63,343 nucleotides of DNA from Octopus bimaculoides (taxonomy: Eukaryota): the NCBI RefSeq assembly GCF_001194135.2, contig NC_069005.1, positions 1,343,246 to 1,406,588 on the forward strand, in the 5' to 3' direction. A program made the translations under genes and the position numbers. Of this stretch, positions 41,144-54,469 are shown in pieces (within the stretch, counting starts at the first letter, position 1; each line of letters opens with the position of its first letter). Under the pieces are notes generated by a model. That model made no database searches, was not told where the DNA came from, and saw only the letters and a list, made by a program, of their open reading frames with translations.

Positions 41144-43480
41144 TGCACATATATGATCATAAAATTAGATGCTGGCTCATCAACTGCCAGTTTTCTGCCC
41201 CTAGTGTTGTTAGAATGTATCTTCTTCAAGCTCCTCATTTCTTCACTATTATTTCTAATCGTTCAACAGACGTGTTTGTATGATCTATTTTAATCGCAAC
41301 TCCTCTCAACCACCACACATCATCCATAGATTTCTGAGATCTTAAACAATAGCACATTTATAGAAACTTAATAGAAACAGTCGCTTATCGCTTATTCACA
41401 AACTTATCTCTCTTTGTCTACCTGCTACTCACCTAAGCTAACGACATGGACACAGCACTGTTTTCTAATCTTTTCTCCCTGTCTTTGTGTTTATCATTTC
41501 TTTTTGTGATAGTGCCAATTAGATAACCGAGGCAGGTGAAGCTTAGGAAACTATCTGTCTACAAAGAAATAGGACTTTTATTTAAATAAAAATGAGTTAT
41601 TTGAAATTTATTCAAATATCGAAATAGTTCCATCCATTATTGAGTCATTACTTGTTTAATGTTTGTTTTTTTCCTTTAGAAACACATCCCAGAAAGAGTT
41701 TCTTGTGTGCTGTTCTTGCAAAGACTTTTCCTTTTAATCGTTTGGCATTCAGATTCCTCTGTCAAATGTGATGCTTATTGATTCAAAAGATATTTTGAAT
41801 CAATCATGTGTTATCTTATAACTTCAAGATTCTAATGATGTGAGTGTTTATTTGTAGAATGGCATTGCAGGGTATGCATGAGTGGTTGGATCTGGTCAGT
41901 CTCAACATAAAACAAGTAGAATTTTGGGGCTGGATTTGACTGGATTTAATGCTTGACTGATTGTGACTCAGTTCTCCTTTCATTTGTTTTTTCTGAAAAT
42001 GCAGCACAGATTCTACAGTAAATGATGCATCTTCAATTTTTTTGCTTTTAAAATTTTGTGGCATTGAATTTCACAGATGCCTACTTCTTTGGAAACTTCT
42101 TAGACACAGTCAGGTAACAATTTTCACAGATCACACCATGGACATTCACAATGTAACTGTCGTCTGTTGTTGTGGCGGCTCATCCGTCTGATATATGGCG
42201 TAAAAATAAAACAAATTTTTCTCAAAATGAAGGCGAATTTCATGAAAGCCTGGTTGTGTGGTTAAGAAGTTCACTTCACAACCACATGGTTTCAGGTTCA
42301 GTCCCAATGAGTGGCACCTCGGGCAAGTGTTTTCTACTATAGTCCCAGGCTGATCAATGCCTTGTGAGTGAACTTGGTAGATGGAAACTGTGTGGAAGCC
42401 CAGTGTGTGTGTGTATATATGAGTATGTGTGTTTTTGCTTATGTATGTACCCACCCACTACTTGACAATTGATGCTGGTTTGTTTATGTCCCTGTAACTT
42501 GGCAGTTCAGCAAAAGAGACTGATATAATAAGTACTAGACTTTAAAAAAAAGTACCGAGCTCAATATGGTCAACAAAACTATTTAACCCTTTTTTTTTTA
42601 CACCAAATTCCTGTAGAAATACCATTGTTTCAATTGATTTTCAAAATAATGAAGAATTTGATAAAATAATTTTGTCAGTATTAAACTGGTGTTTGGAATG
42701 TAAATAAACAATGGATTTTAATGAAGCATTTTAATTTAGACCCCTTCTAATCAGGAAGTTTTTGTCATAGAACCAAGGACAATTTCAGGCAGGTTGGTAT
42801 TGGAAATGTCAAGGTGGTGCTCCAGTATGGCCACAGTCCAATGACTGAAACAAGTTGAGGATAAACACTTGGTTCTTGCAAATCCATTCCTGTGTCCAAT
42901 TCACAATAAATGGCCAGACATATAAAACAGACATTCACACTAACTTGTCTTGATGGACGACTTACTGATGTTGTTTGTTTTTTTTTCCTTCTTTCTACAA
43001 CCCCTTTTGATCGAATCTCTACCCCTCCCCCCTTTTTTCTCTTCCCCAAAAAGAAAAGCTCTTCTTTGTATTTTGTCCCCTCTGTGTTCAGCCCTGTGTG
43101 GCCAATAAAGAAACATATTAGAACCAAGATTCAAAGTCACTTGCACACAAACCTGAAATTACAAGCTCACTGGTGCCACATGGTGGTTTCGCCGTTTTTT
43201 AAAAATCCCGTTTGAATATTTCCTGCGATGCTTCGCATTTTCTCTTTCTCTTCTCTTCCTTGTTCTGAGTTCAAACACTGTGCACGATTGATTTTTACTT
43301 TTGCATTCTTCTGGGGCTGTCATGAACTAAACAGCAGTCAATACAACCAGTGTTGCTTCATTACTGGCCTTTAAACAATTAATTTTGTGCCTCATCAAAG
43401 CAAATCAATATATGGGATGATCAGTTCGCTTTTACTCTCTATTTCAGTTAAGTTACAATTCTTATTGTAACGTATATACA

Positions 43481-43590
43481 TCACACACACACACACACAC
43501 GTGCATGAATGCTTGTGTGCATGTACTTGCTTTCATGCTCCACTTTGATTTTCACTATATATATTTTATGTATATGTATGTGTGTGTGTG

Positions 43591-43654
<64 letters not shown>

Positions 43655-43690
43655 CACACACACGCACACACACACACACACACACACACG
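43481..43690. repeat. (CA)n/(TG)n compound microsatellite, representative of dozens of (TA)n, (CA)n, (AG)n, (TAA)n and (CAT)n arrays in the window
   Basis: Direct reading. Confidence 0.95.
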
Positions 43691-45365
43691 GTGGCTGTGT
43701 GACATCGTCATCTTTTAACTGGTGTGGGTTGGATGGTTTGACAGGGTCTGGTGAGCCACANNNNNNNNNNNNNNNNNNNNNNNNNNNNNNNNNNNNNNNN
43801 NNNNNNNNNNNNNNNNNNNNNNNNNNNNNNNNNNNNNNNNNNNNNNNNNNNNNNNNNNNNNNNNNNNNNNNNNNNNNNNNNNNNNNNNNNNNNNNNNNNN
43901 NNNNNNNNNNNNNNNNNNNNNNNNNNNNNNNNNNNNNNNNNNNNNNNNNNNNNNNNNNNNNNNNNNNNNNNNNNNNNNNNNNNNNNNNNNNNNNNNNNNN
44001 NNNNNNNNNNNNNNNNNNNNNNNNNNNNNNNNNNNNNNNNNNNNNNNNNNNNNNNNNNNNNNNNNNNNNNNNNNNNNNNNNNNNNNNNNNNNNNNNNNNN
44101 NNNNNNNNNNNNNNNNNNNNNNNNNNNNNNNNNNNNNNNNNNNNNNNNNNNNNNNNNNNNNNNNNNNNNNNNNNNNNNNNNNNNNNNNNNNNNNNNNNNN
44201 NNNNNNNNNNNNNNNNNNNNNNNNNNNNNNNNNNNNNNNNNNNNNNNNNNNNNNNNNNNNNNNNNNNNNNNNNNNNNNNNNNNNNNNNNNNNNNNNNNNN
44301 NNNNNNNNNNNNNNNNNNNNNNNNNNNNNNNNNNNNNNNNNNNNNNNNNNNNNNNNNNNNNNNNNNNNNNNNNNNNNNNNNNNNNNNNNNTTATGGAAAA
44401 ACTAAGCACCTATCATAATTCTGCTCTCGTTATCACACCACGCATTATGTTTCATATTTAGGAATCAATAACCAAACTGTTTAGAATTGGTTGCAGTTTT
44501 CATTTATTATTAGTATTAATATCATTATCATCATTATCATTATTATTGTTACGGCTTGTAAAGTAAAGTTTGGAAGCAATCCTTCCCTCTATGTTGGATT
44601 TCAATTAGAAATATATATATAGAAATGTGTATATATATAGATAGATATGTATATATAGATAGATATGTATATATAGATATATATATATATATATAGAGAG
44701 AGAGATAAGAAAGAAATATTGAAGAGGAAAAAGTAGTGAAATTGCTAAAAGCTAGTGTTTGGGGTCGTTAATGATTCGATGTTGTTTTGCAATGGCTGCA
44801 GGGCTAGATGTGTTTTGTGGGTTATCAGTCCCAGCACTCTCTCTGTGTGCATTATCTTTGTCTGGTCTTATCAGCTGTGGGAAAATGCTGGAGTTGTCCA
44901 GATGTGTAGAACTCACGTATTGACAGCTAGTAAATCGAGCCTGCCTGTATGCCTTTTTCTCATAGAGAAGACAGAAAAATCAAAATCTTTAGGAAAATCT
45001 TTAGAGAAAGGTTGGTGGGGAAAGAGCAGCAGCAGCAGTAGTAGTAGCAGTGTGTATATTAACATTAACTAAGACTGCTAAAGAAAGACAAACAAAAAAA
45101 AAAAAAATTAGAGAGCAAAAAAAAAAAAAAAAAAANNNNNNNNNNAAAAAAGGTAAAAATGATGATGGAACCAGCTTCAGATTGTGTATTTGAAGAGTTT
45201 TCACAGTATATGATTGAAGGTAAATAATGTTCTTTGCATGGCAGTTCTCTACTCTCTCTACTTCTCTTCTCCTCTGAGCTTGATTTATTTGTCTGTTAGT
45301 AACCAGTTGCAATTTATAAACAAAACTCATATAAAACTTATGTATTTCATTCTCTTTCATATGTT

Positions 45366-45398
<33 letters not shown>

Positions 45399-48300
45399 CT
45401 TCCTTCCCTCTGTACATCTGTGTGCGAGTTTGTGTTTCACAGTGCACCGAATTATTGCGCATACTATTTACACATACACACATATGTATATCGACATACA
45501 CACACACATTTGGTGCATGCGCACACTCATTGATCGACGTAAAACATTTAACACTCACCACAAACAACAACAAAAATATCGAAAATAAAATAAAATAATT
45601 CAAAGTTGCTTTCTGTGGACATGCTTTTGCTAATGATAATATCTGTAAGTTATCAATATTAACCCTGATGTTGTGATTCCATTGAGTCGAATTTGATGTG
45701 AAAAACCAGGCACTTCTAAAGAACTTCGAGTGAGATGACTGCACTTGCTGCAATAGTGGACATCTGGCTGGGGTTCCCGAGAGAACATTTCCCACTGTGA
45801 CATTGTCGTGCTCACATCTATCTTGTATGTTTTCATCTATAAATTGATCTCCAGTGTCACCTTCCTCAGCTGCAAAATTTCTCAGTTTAACCAGTCGAAT
45901 AACGTGTAAATGCTATAATCGACCCGAGATGTAATATAAGGAGAAAGTGCTTATGGCCAGCTTGAAACAGGTTCACCACATTTCAATTTTTCCATGATCT
46001 CTTTCTGCTCTCTCTAACCTTTCTCGGTTTCCACAGCCATGTTGAATTTCTAGCATTAGAAGATATATTTATCTTTCACCATTACATATTGACTAGATCT
46101 TGTGTTTTTCTTTAATTTATTCCTTTCAGATCACTTCTAATCAATCATAATAATTATTTTGTTTTTAATTAGCTCTTATCATTTAATGATTTTATACAAA
46201 AAAAATAACAAAACTTTTTATTCACATCCTCCTCCTTCATATGCTAACCATTATAGGAACCATAGAAGAACTGTTGTGCATGATTTACTGAGTATCAAAT
46301 GTCATGTTTGTTATTCTTATATATATACCTGTATATACACTCTTTGTTTCCATGAATTTATCAATACTTGTACACCTTATTACTCATCTATTATTCACAT
46401 AGTGTGTGTGTATATGTATGCGTATATGTGTGTGTATATGAATATATATATATATGTGTGTTTATACACACACTCACAATATTTGTATGTATGTATATGT
46501 TTATAGCAACCTTATATTTGTGTAAAGCTCTTATATAACACTTCTATCACATTAAACATTTTTCTTAGGTTAGTTTCTTATTGAAAGGCAAACACTTTCT
46601 TATATTACAAATCTTGTAATATATTCCTGATGTAGATTCAGTCAAAGACAACCTTATTGTTTTGTTCCATTCCTTGATAAATTATAGTTCTGTGCAGAAA
46701 TTCAGGCAAATTTTAGTTTTTATTCTTTGTATAAATTTCCAATTAAAAAAAAAAAAATTACATTCATAACATAATCTTAATGATAACAGCACTGCCCCAG
46801 CATGGTCTCAGCCAACAGACTTAAACAAGTTAAAACAGTAAACAGTGCAATGTTGTTGGAAAGACAATGTGCGTGTATATATATATACATATATATATTT
46901 ATAAAAGGCGTAACACCCATGTTCTTTGTTATTATTTTGAAAATTCGTTAGTTTTGTTCCTCGTGTGATCAAAGACAGATGAGTATGTGTAGAATAATAC
47001 AAGAGAAAACGTCGATGTATTACTGGTTAGATGACCACATGCTATATATATACCCAGGTTTTCGCCACTCACTCACCCCCCCCCCTCTCTGCACTCTTTA
47101 ATCACACTTCCTTCGCAATATCCTGCTACTTATATTGGCGTTCAAACCTCAAGGGTATACCCTGGCACTTACCACCATCGATATCTCTCTCTTCCTTTAC
47201 TCAACCATCCCATTTATATTCTCATCCCCATCCCTTGTGAGTATGCCCAGCATCTCTATCCTGATGTCTCCTGTTCTCTCTCTTCTTCTCCTGCACTTCC
47301 CTCTGGTTGGGTAACCATGTATTTCCTTTGCGGTAGCACACCTGTTTGTTTTCATTCCTGATCTCTCTCTCTCTCTCTCTCTGGCTGGGTCACCTTGTAC
47401 TTCCTCTACAACAAGACACCTGTTTCTGTCTCACTGTAACCTTTCATCCGACACAAGATCACCTCCTCCAATGTCCCCTCCCCTCTTGGAAAGTTTTTTC
47501 GTCTTGCAAGTACTCGGTGACCTTGTCATTGCAGGTGCCATGCAAAAAGCATTCCAGTCCACTCTGTAAAATGGTTGGTGTTAGGAATGGCATCCAGCTG
47601 TAAAAACCTTGCCAAAACTGACCTCACCTGTGTTTGTGCCATGTAAAAAACACTAAGTCCACTCTGCTGATTGGTTGGTGTTAAGAAGGGCATCCAACTG
47701 TAAAAATCCTGCCAAAACAGTCACAGAAGTCTGGTGCAGGCTTCTGCCTGGCCGGCTCTTGTGAAATTGTCCCACCCATGCTAGCATGGAAGGCCGATGT
47801 TAAACGATGATGATGATGATAATGTTTATATTTAGAATAATACTTTTTAATAATAATAACTGCCATAGTCTATGTTTCATTTTTGTGATCTCTTTTTTTC
47901 AGGGGAAAGGGCATGATTTCTATGGTTGGACACCCTTCCTGTCATCAACCACTTTATAGTATAGATTTGGGATATTTTATCAAGTCAATGCTTCTAGAAA
48001 GATTTCCTACAGTTGGTCTGAAGAACCTCCTACTTCAGTTTTTACCCAGATTTATAGCCTTTCCCAGACAATCTGTAATGTAGCTTGCATACTCCTCACA
48101 TCTCATTCATACATTTCATAAAGTTACATTTTCTAATATGTAATATCATCATCCAGTAATGTTCTCAGCAGTGTCTGTTTTTCCATACTGGTCTGTTTTT
48201 CCTCCTGACATGGACATCTTCTTTGGGTACCATTACTCCTCTCCTTAGATAATTAAAGTCATTTTTGTTTCAGCGTAACAAGCATTAATTTTTTCCTGTT

Positions 48301-50397
48301 TACCATAATTGTCAGACTAATGCTGATGTGACTACTATCACAGTCATCATCCTCTACCTCATCCTCATCATCATCTTCCTCATCCTTATCATCATCTCAT
48401 CACCATCACTGTTATTATACAACTTTAATTGGAAAATTTTACAAATGAATCTACTCATCATGGTTTTGATTCTTGCTGTTTTACATGCTCATGATAATTT
48501 ATCATCGACTTGGCAGACATCAGCAAATGATTTGTTCACTGAATTCTATAAACAAGAAGGGTCAGTCTTGTTTAGATTCAGTGATTTGGGAGTAGCTTTC
48601 ACTAAAGAGACATTATCAGCTTGAATCAGCCCTCCATCACTGAATCGAGTGTATTGTCAACATTGTCTGAAGTGAGATGTTCTCCAAAGGTAAAGCACAA
48701 CATACTCTCTTGCAATCTAGATCCATCCCCACCCCTGTTCTGTCTGTCTGTCCCATTCATTTCTACCCACCTTCTATACAATGAGGGTTTACCCTGACAT
48801 CTCATCATTGTTATTTTTATCACTTTCCAGCTCCACCTGATTACTCTTACCTTTTCTTCTAAAAAGTGTGCATGGAGCCATGTAACCCCTCTCCAGCAAT
48901 AAACCTGTTCTGCTCTGCCGCCGTCTCAGACTTTAACCTCTCATCTCCTAGTGTAAAGCTGTCCCCTTGGAGTTCATAGTCTTGCTAACTCCATAGTGCC
49001 CTCATTAGTGCTAGTGTCACTGTAAAGTGATTGGATTTGGGAAGGACATTCGGCCATAGAAATTGGATTTGAGAAGGAAATTCAGCCAAGGCAGATATTG
49101 GAGCCCATAACGTCCTGTCAAACTGTCCAACCCATTCCAGCATGGAACATGAACTTTGACTGATGACAATGAGGATCACTGATGTTTAGGGTCCCACAGT
49201 TCTGTGTCACTGGCCAGGAAGGGTGTTTAGCTGTAATCTGTTAATATCTACTGAAGCAAGGGTTTCATAACGATCTGTACACATCCTCTCATACGGAAAT
49301 GGTTTAGGACACACTAATGTATTTCAATATTTCAATAATTTAACTTACCCAAGTATTTTTGAGCAAAATTAAGTGTTTAACCACAGAAGGCTCATTAATC
49401 TTGTTGTGCTCAGTTCAAACTCTCTCAAATGTAACACAACCTTTTATTTTATCATCAAATCCAATGAGCTTGTATCTCGTAGTCTTCCCCTCTCTCTCTC
49501 TCTCTCTCTCTCTCCAGTCTTATTGTAAAGTTAAATTGTTACCCTTTTGTTATCAATTATATTGCTTGAATTTTCTTTAGTAAATATATCCATTGGTAGC
49601 TAATTAACTTGAATGAGTTCAAATTTTACTGTTTCTTTGTAAGATCTGAGCTCATCGTAAGATGTCGGTCACTAACACTATACAATGGACAAGGTGTACC
49701 TCCTCATGGTACCTATCTACAATGATATGGATTTTACCCACCAATAATTAAGTCCTCTTGCAGTGCTGGTGCCAGGATATGAAACTATGACACTTTAGCT
49801 TGTTTGTTTGGTCTTTTATCTGGTTCCATATTTTTATACTAAAAGAAACTTTGGAGGAATGATGCATTGGTTTAAAACCCATCTTTTAAGACTGAGGGAC
49901 ATTTTGCTTTTAAAAATGGGAATTATTCTTCCAAAGGTAATTCACTGTTTGATATCTTTTACTTGATTGTGTTCTTATAAGTCGACCGATACAGGTGTAA
50001 CTGTTTAAAGTAACTGAAGTGGAACTAATTTTATGATAACTATAACAACTATGTAACTATAGCAACCATGTTACTATGGTACCCAACTTACTAAATGTAG
50101 TCCTGTAATTGGGTCCACTCAGTTATGCTCCTCTACAAATATATAGTTGTTCTTTGTTAATGTAAAAAACAAAACAAAACAAAACATTATTATTATTATT
50201 ATTATTATTTTACTTCTCGGAGTCCTCAGTTTTATTTGCTCTGGTTGATTCTGTGAGAGCGGACAGCAACCTGTTGTCAGAGGTCTCCTAGGATCGCTTT
50301 CTGCAAACTATAAGTTTTGGTACTTGGATGTTAACTCATCGTGGAAGATACTGAACTCCCAAGCACCAACCTCAAAATCCTAGCTGCCCCCAACAGA

Positions 50398-50497
50398 GAA
50401 ATCCCAATAATTGTAGGGGCACTTGGAGTACTAACAACCAAGTTCGAGAGATATGTCAGAGAAATTGGAATTGACATGAGGGCAGAGCAGGCCCCCA
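50398..50497 (+). mobile_element. Short R4/Dong-type LINE fragment
   Basis: IPIIVGALGVLTTKFERYVREIGIDMRAEQ is homologous to PIIVGTLGTVSKNLEKYMEQTGAAIRVEH in the 56.6-kb copy. Confidence 0.6.
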
Positions 50498-50503
50498 AAA
50501 TTA

Positions 50504-50539
<36 letters not shown>

Positions 50540-50540
<1 letters not shown>

Positions 50541-50760
50541 GGTGGTGAGCTGGGAGAATCGTTAGCACACCAGGTAAAATGCTTAATGGTATTTCATCTG
50601 CCACTACATTCTGAGTTCAAATTCTGCTGAGGTCAACTTTGCCTTTCATCCTTTTGGGGCCGATGAATTAAGTACCAGTTAAACACTGGGGTTGATGTAA
50701 TTGACTCATCCCCTCTCCCAAAATGGCTGCTCTTGTGGCAAAAATTTGAAGCCATTATTA
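50540..50760 (+). mobile_element. SINE family 1 inside an (ATT)n array
   Basis: (ATT)n-aaggtggtgagctgggagaatcgttagc...aaatttgaagcc-(ATT)n. Confidence 0.72.
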
Positions 50761-50769
50761 TTATTATTA

Positions 50770-51250
50770 TTATTATTGAGTGAGAGGGCAACACACATTA
50801 TGAGAGTGATGCTGAGGTGCAAATACGTGAAGCCCAATATACTCATCACACCCACCCATCTGATAAGGGTGCACTAGGCAGATGGGGCTCAGTTAGAATT
50901 TTCTTCAGGTTGAGTAGCCCATTCTGCTCAAAAGGTCCCTTAATAAGCTTTGTTTGAGGATGATAAATAAAACATGTTTCCAGAGATGAATTATTGAAAC
51001 CCCAAAGAATTCCTCTCAACACATGGCTATGCTGCTCTCCCACTAGTTCTGCTCATGATCAGAGATGCACATATCATCAGCCATTAAGGGACATGCTCAA
51101 CTGGTTAAGGTCAATCAAGTGACAAGCAGATCTGTGGTATTGAGCAGAATATTTGGTGTAACACATCTCTTATACCAAGACAAAACATGTACATGATAAC
51201 ACTTCCAATCAGTTAAGATCAGAAGCCATGAGAAGCCATTGTCTAATACT
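50770..51250. repeat. Probable interspersed repeat, unclassified
   Basis: GC-richer non-coding block next to an (ATT)n array. It resembles an abundant octopus repeat from memory only; no second copy in the window. Confidence 0.3.
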
Positions 51251-51264
51251 TCATCCACTGCCTG

Positions 51265-51565
51265 GTGTTGCATCTCAGCTTTATTTTAGTGAGTATGCTG
51301 GAAAGTGCCAGCAGACTAAGGTGGCATTTGTTTACTGATCATGCCTCAAGGACCCTGTGGAGAACTCTTGCAGTTCCAAGCAATGATGACTTTCAGAGCC
51401 ATGTTGACGCATTCATTCCAATCTTTTCAAGCCACGTTGTTAGATGAGTGCTGGTTCTTCCAAATGTACCAATCACTGTTGGTGCATTTGTCTACTCCCT
51501 TCATTGGCCAAAACTGGTGCATTTCCCACTTCAATTCTTCTTCCTCTTCAATCCTTTTCTCACCA
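51265..51565 (-). mobile_element. Degraded R4/Dong-type LINE 3' fragment
   Basis: Minus-strand pieces LKWEMHQFWPMKGV / VIGTFG / WLEKIGM / LLGTARVLHRVLEA* parallel the C-terminus of the 56504-57137 copy. Confidence 0.65.
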
Positions 51566-52288
51566 GGACATGCTATGTTGATTACCGTGCATGGCCCAGT
51601 GTAGTACTCATGGTCACTGGATTGTGGGTTCAATTCCCTGACTGGGTGCATGTGTGTTCTTGAGCAAAACACTTCATTTCACATTGCTCCTGTTCCCCTT
51701 CGATCGGAGAGGATCGCTGACCTACTAGCCTAGCCAGCAGGGTGGCATCATTTGAAGGCAAAAACGGTGCAAAAGTGCATTGTGACCAGCGATGTGTAAC
51801 AGTATCTGATAGCCTGGTCAGTCACATGATGTACACACACACACACACACACACATACACACACACACACACACTCACAGAGTGAAGGTGGGCAGTATGG
51901 CCATGGAGGAATTCCTTAGATGATCATCATAGGTCAGCTCAATCAACACTAACCCAGTGTTAAACACCTCTAACACTGACAACTCCATGTGTTAACCCTA
52001 TTCACCCATTTGTTAACCCACCTGCGATTACCCCCCTGGTTCCATGATGCAAACTTTATACTTAAAGTGATTTAAATTTAAACCATCCAACAAAATTCTG
52101 TATAATTTTATGTCCTGAACATCATCTTGATAAAGTTATTTTTATTAAATTCTTTGTTGTTTCCAAAATTAATTGCAACAAAATCAGATTCTTTCAACAG
52201 AAATCTGCAAACAAAAGGGTCAAAAGTTTGTTATTCAAGGGGTTGCTTTTATATCTTTATCACATTAAGACTAAGTAAACTCATCGTA

Positions 52289-52331
<43 letters not shown>

Positions 52332-52381
52332 CTATCTGTACACACACACACATACAATAATATATATATACACACACACAC

Positions 52382-52422
<41 letters not shown>

Positions 52423-52929
52423 NNNNNNNNNNNNNNNNNNNNNNNNNNNNNNNNNNNNNNNNNNNNNNNNNNNNNNNNNNNNNNNNNNNNNNNNNNNNNN
52501 NNNNNNNNNNNNNNNNNNNNNNNNNNNNNNNNNNNNNNNNNNNNNNNNNNNNNNNNNNNNNNNNNNNNNNNNNNNNNNNNNNNNNNNNNNNNNNNNNNNN
52601 NNNNNNNNNNNNNNNNNNNNNNNNNNNNNNNNNNNNNNNNNNNNNNNNNNNNNNNNNNNNNNNNNNNNNNNNNNNNNNNNNNNNNNNNNNNNNNNNNNNN
52701 NNNNNNNNNNNNNNNNNNNNNNNNNNNNNNNNNNNNNNNNNNNNNNNNNNNNNNNNNNNNNNNNNNNNNNNNNNCACTAGATCAACGCTTGTGTATGCGT
52801 GTGTGTGTGTGTGTGTGTGTGCGTGTGCGTGCGTGTGTTTGCTTGCTATACTCACAGCCACTCACTCCCTCTTTTACTTCATAAACCAGGCTCTCTCTCA
52901 ATCAATATAATTGCTGCACCATCCCTCAT

Positions 52930-52979
<50 letters not shown>

Positions 52980-53237
52980 GCACATGCATGTGCACACATA
53001 TATATTGTTGATATACCTTGAAGTATCTGCTTTATATGATTCTCTTTCCCTCTCCTCTCTCCTCACCCCACACTCTATCTCTTTATATATCTAATTCATT
53101 GTCTCTTCCCCCCTCCGTCTGTTTGCCTGTCTGTCTATCTATCCATTTATCAGACCTTCCCCCCCCTCGCCCCACGACACTCACTCTCTCCCAGTCATTC
53201 ATAGAGAAGCAGCATTTTTTTTTTTGTTTTTACTCAG

Positions 53238-53310
53238 AGGGAACATTATTTGTTTTCACAAACAATAATCTAGTTTCATCTACTTCCTCCTCAATTACCC
53301 GGATTTACAG
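53238..53310 (+). other. Candidate 73-nt alternative exon (unverified)
   Basis: Poly-T tract + actcag| acceptor and CAG|gtaatc donor. Open in the phase-1-in / phase-2-out frame (EGTLFVFTNNNLVSSTSSSITRIY). Confidence 0.3.
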
Positions 53311-53382
53311 GTAATCAGATGTTCTGTTTATCTTTTATTGCACTTCTCGTCTTGGCTGTTTTACTTTCATTTCTCGCATAAA

Positions 53383-53384
<2 letters not shown>

Positions 53385-53421
<37 letters not shown>

Positions 53422-53504
53422 ACGTGTGTTTTAGTTATTGTTGTTCAGTTAGTTATTTGTATCCTTGTATAATATTCCCCCTATCTTCCTATCAATCTAG
53501 CTCT

Positions 53505-53542
<38 letters not shown>

Positions 53543-53840
53543 ATGTATATATGTATGTATGTATATATGCATGCATGTATGTATGTATCTATCTCTCTCT
53601 CTATGTATGTACATATCTATCTCTCTCTCTCTCTATGTATGTATATATGTATGTATGCATGTATGTGTATGTATGTATGTATATATCTATCTATCCATCC
53701 ATCCATTCATCCCATCCGTCCGTCCATCCATCCATCCATCTATCTATCTGTCTATCTATGTATCCATCTATCTGTCTACCTGTCTTATTCTATCTATCTA
53801 TCCTATCTCTCTGTCTATCTAATCTATTCTATCTACCTAA
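53385..53840. repeat. Compound (TG)n/(CT)n/(TATG)n/(CCAT)n/(CTAT)n tract
   Basis: Direct reading. Confidence 0.9.
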
Positions 53841-54469
53841 TCTCTCTGTTCACATGGATTAACTGTTAGTACCTTTAAAAAAATAAACATATCCACTAAT
53901 TTTTGTAACACCAATAGATAAACATTAACTTTAGCATCATAACATATCTGGTCCTTAATTCTAACACATCCTTCAGTATCACATGGAAAACCCTTATCAT
54001 CTCCACAATTCACCCACAATTAAAAAACAAAAAAAAAAAATCCACACTTTGCACTTTTGAATCTTATGAAATCTGTCACTCCCAAACTAAAATTACATAA
54101 CAGAATCTCTGAACCCATCTCTTTTTGTAGATATAGGACTTTTAGAACTTTAAAATATTCTAAACCTATTGTGTTCTCAAATAAACAAGCTCTTCTTCCC
54201 CCAGTACTGATATATATTTCCCATACCCTGCCAGTGAAAATCCTCATGCTGTAAATTTTGCATTGGTTCACCCTTTATCCTTGTTCTATTTAGGATATTA
54301 AGGTTGGGAAGTTTTGCTTCCCAACCATGTGATCTAAGGTTCAGTTTCATTGTGTGGCACCTTGGGCTGGTGACTTCTATGATGGACCTGGGCCAACCAA
54401 CACCTTGAGAATGGATTTGGTGGATGGAAACTGAAAGAAGCCCATCTTGTGTATGTATGTATGTATGTA

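Noticed and set aside
41680-41800. Acceptor-like ttttcctttag at about 41680 as a cassette exon
   Set aside because: The frame continuing from exon A hits TGA within about 30 codons, and there is no good donor.
43481-43718. Poly-HT, -VC, -YI and -LS peptides throughout the ORF track
   Set aside because: Translations of dinucleotide repeats.
45630-45836. Minus-strand ORF containing YCSKCSH
   Set aside because: It does not fit C2H2 or other zinc-finger spacing, and has no splice support.
48445-48624. 59-aa ORF with a signal-peptide-like start (MNLLIMVLILAVLHA)
   Set aside because: It follows a degenerate (CAT)n tract that biases toward hydrophobic codons. No recognisable family and no supporting splice structure.
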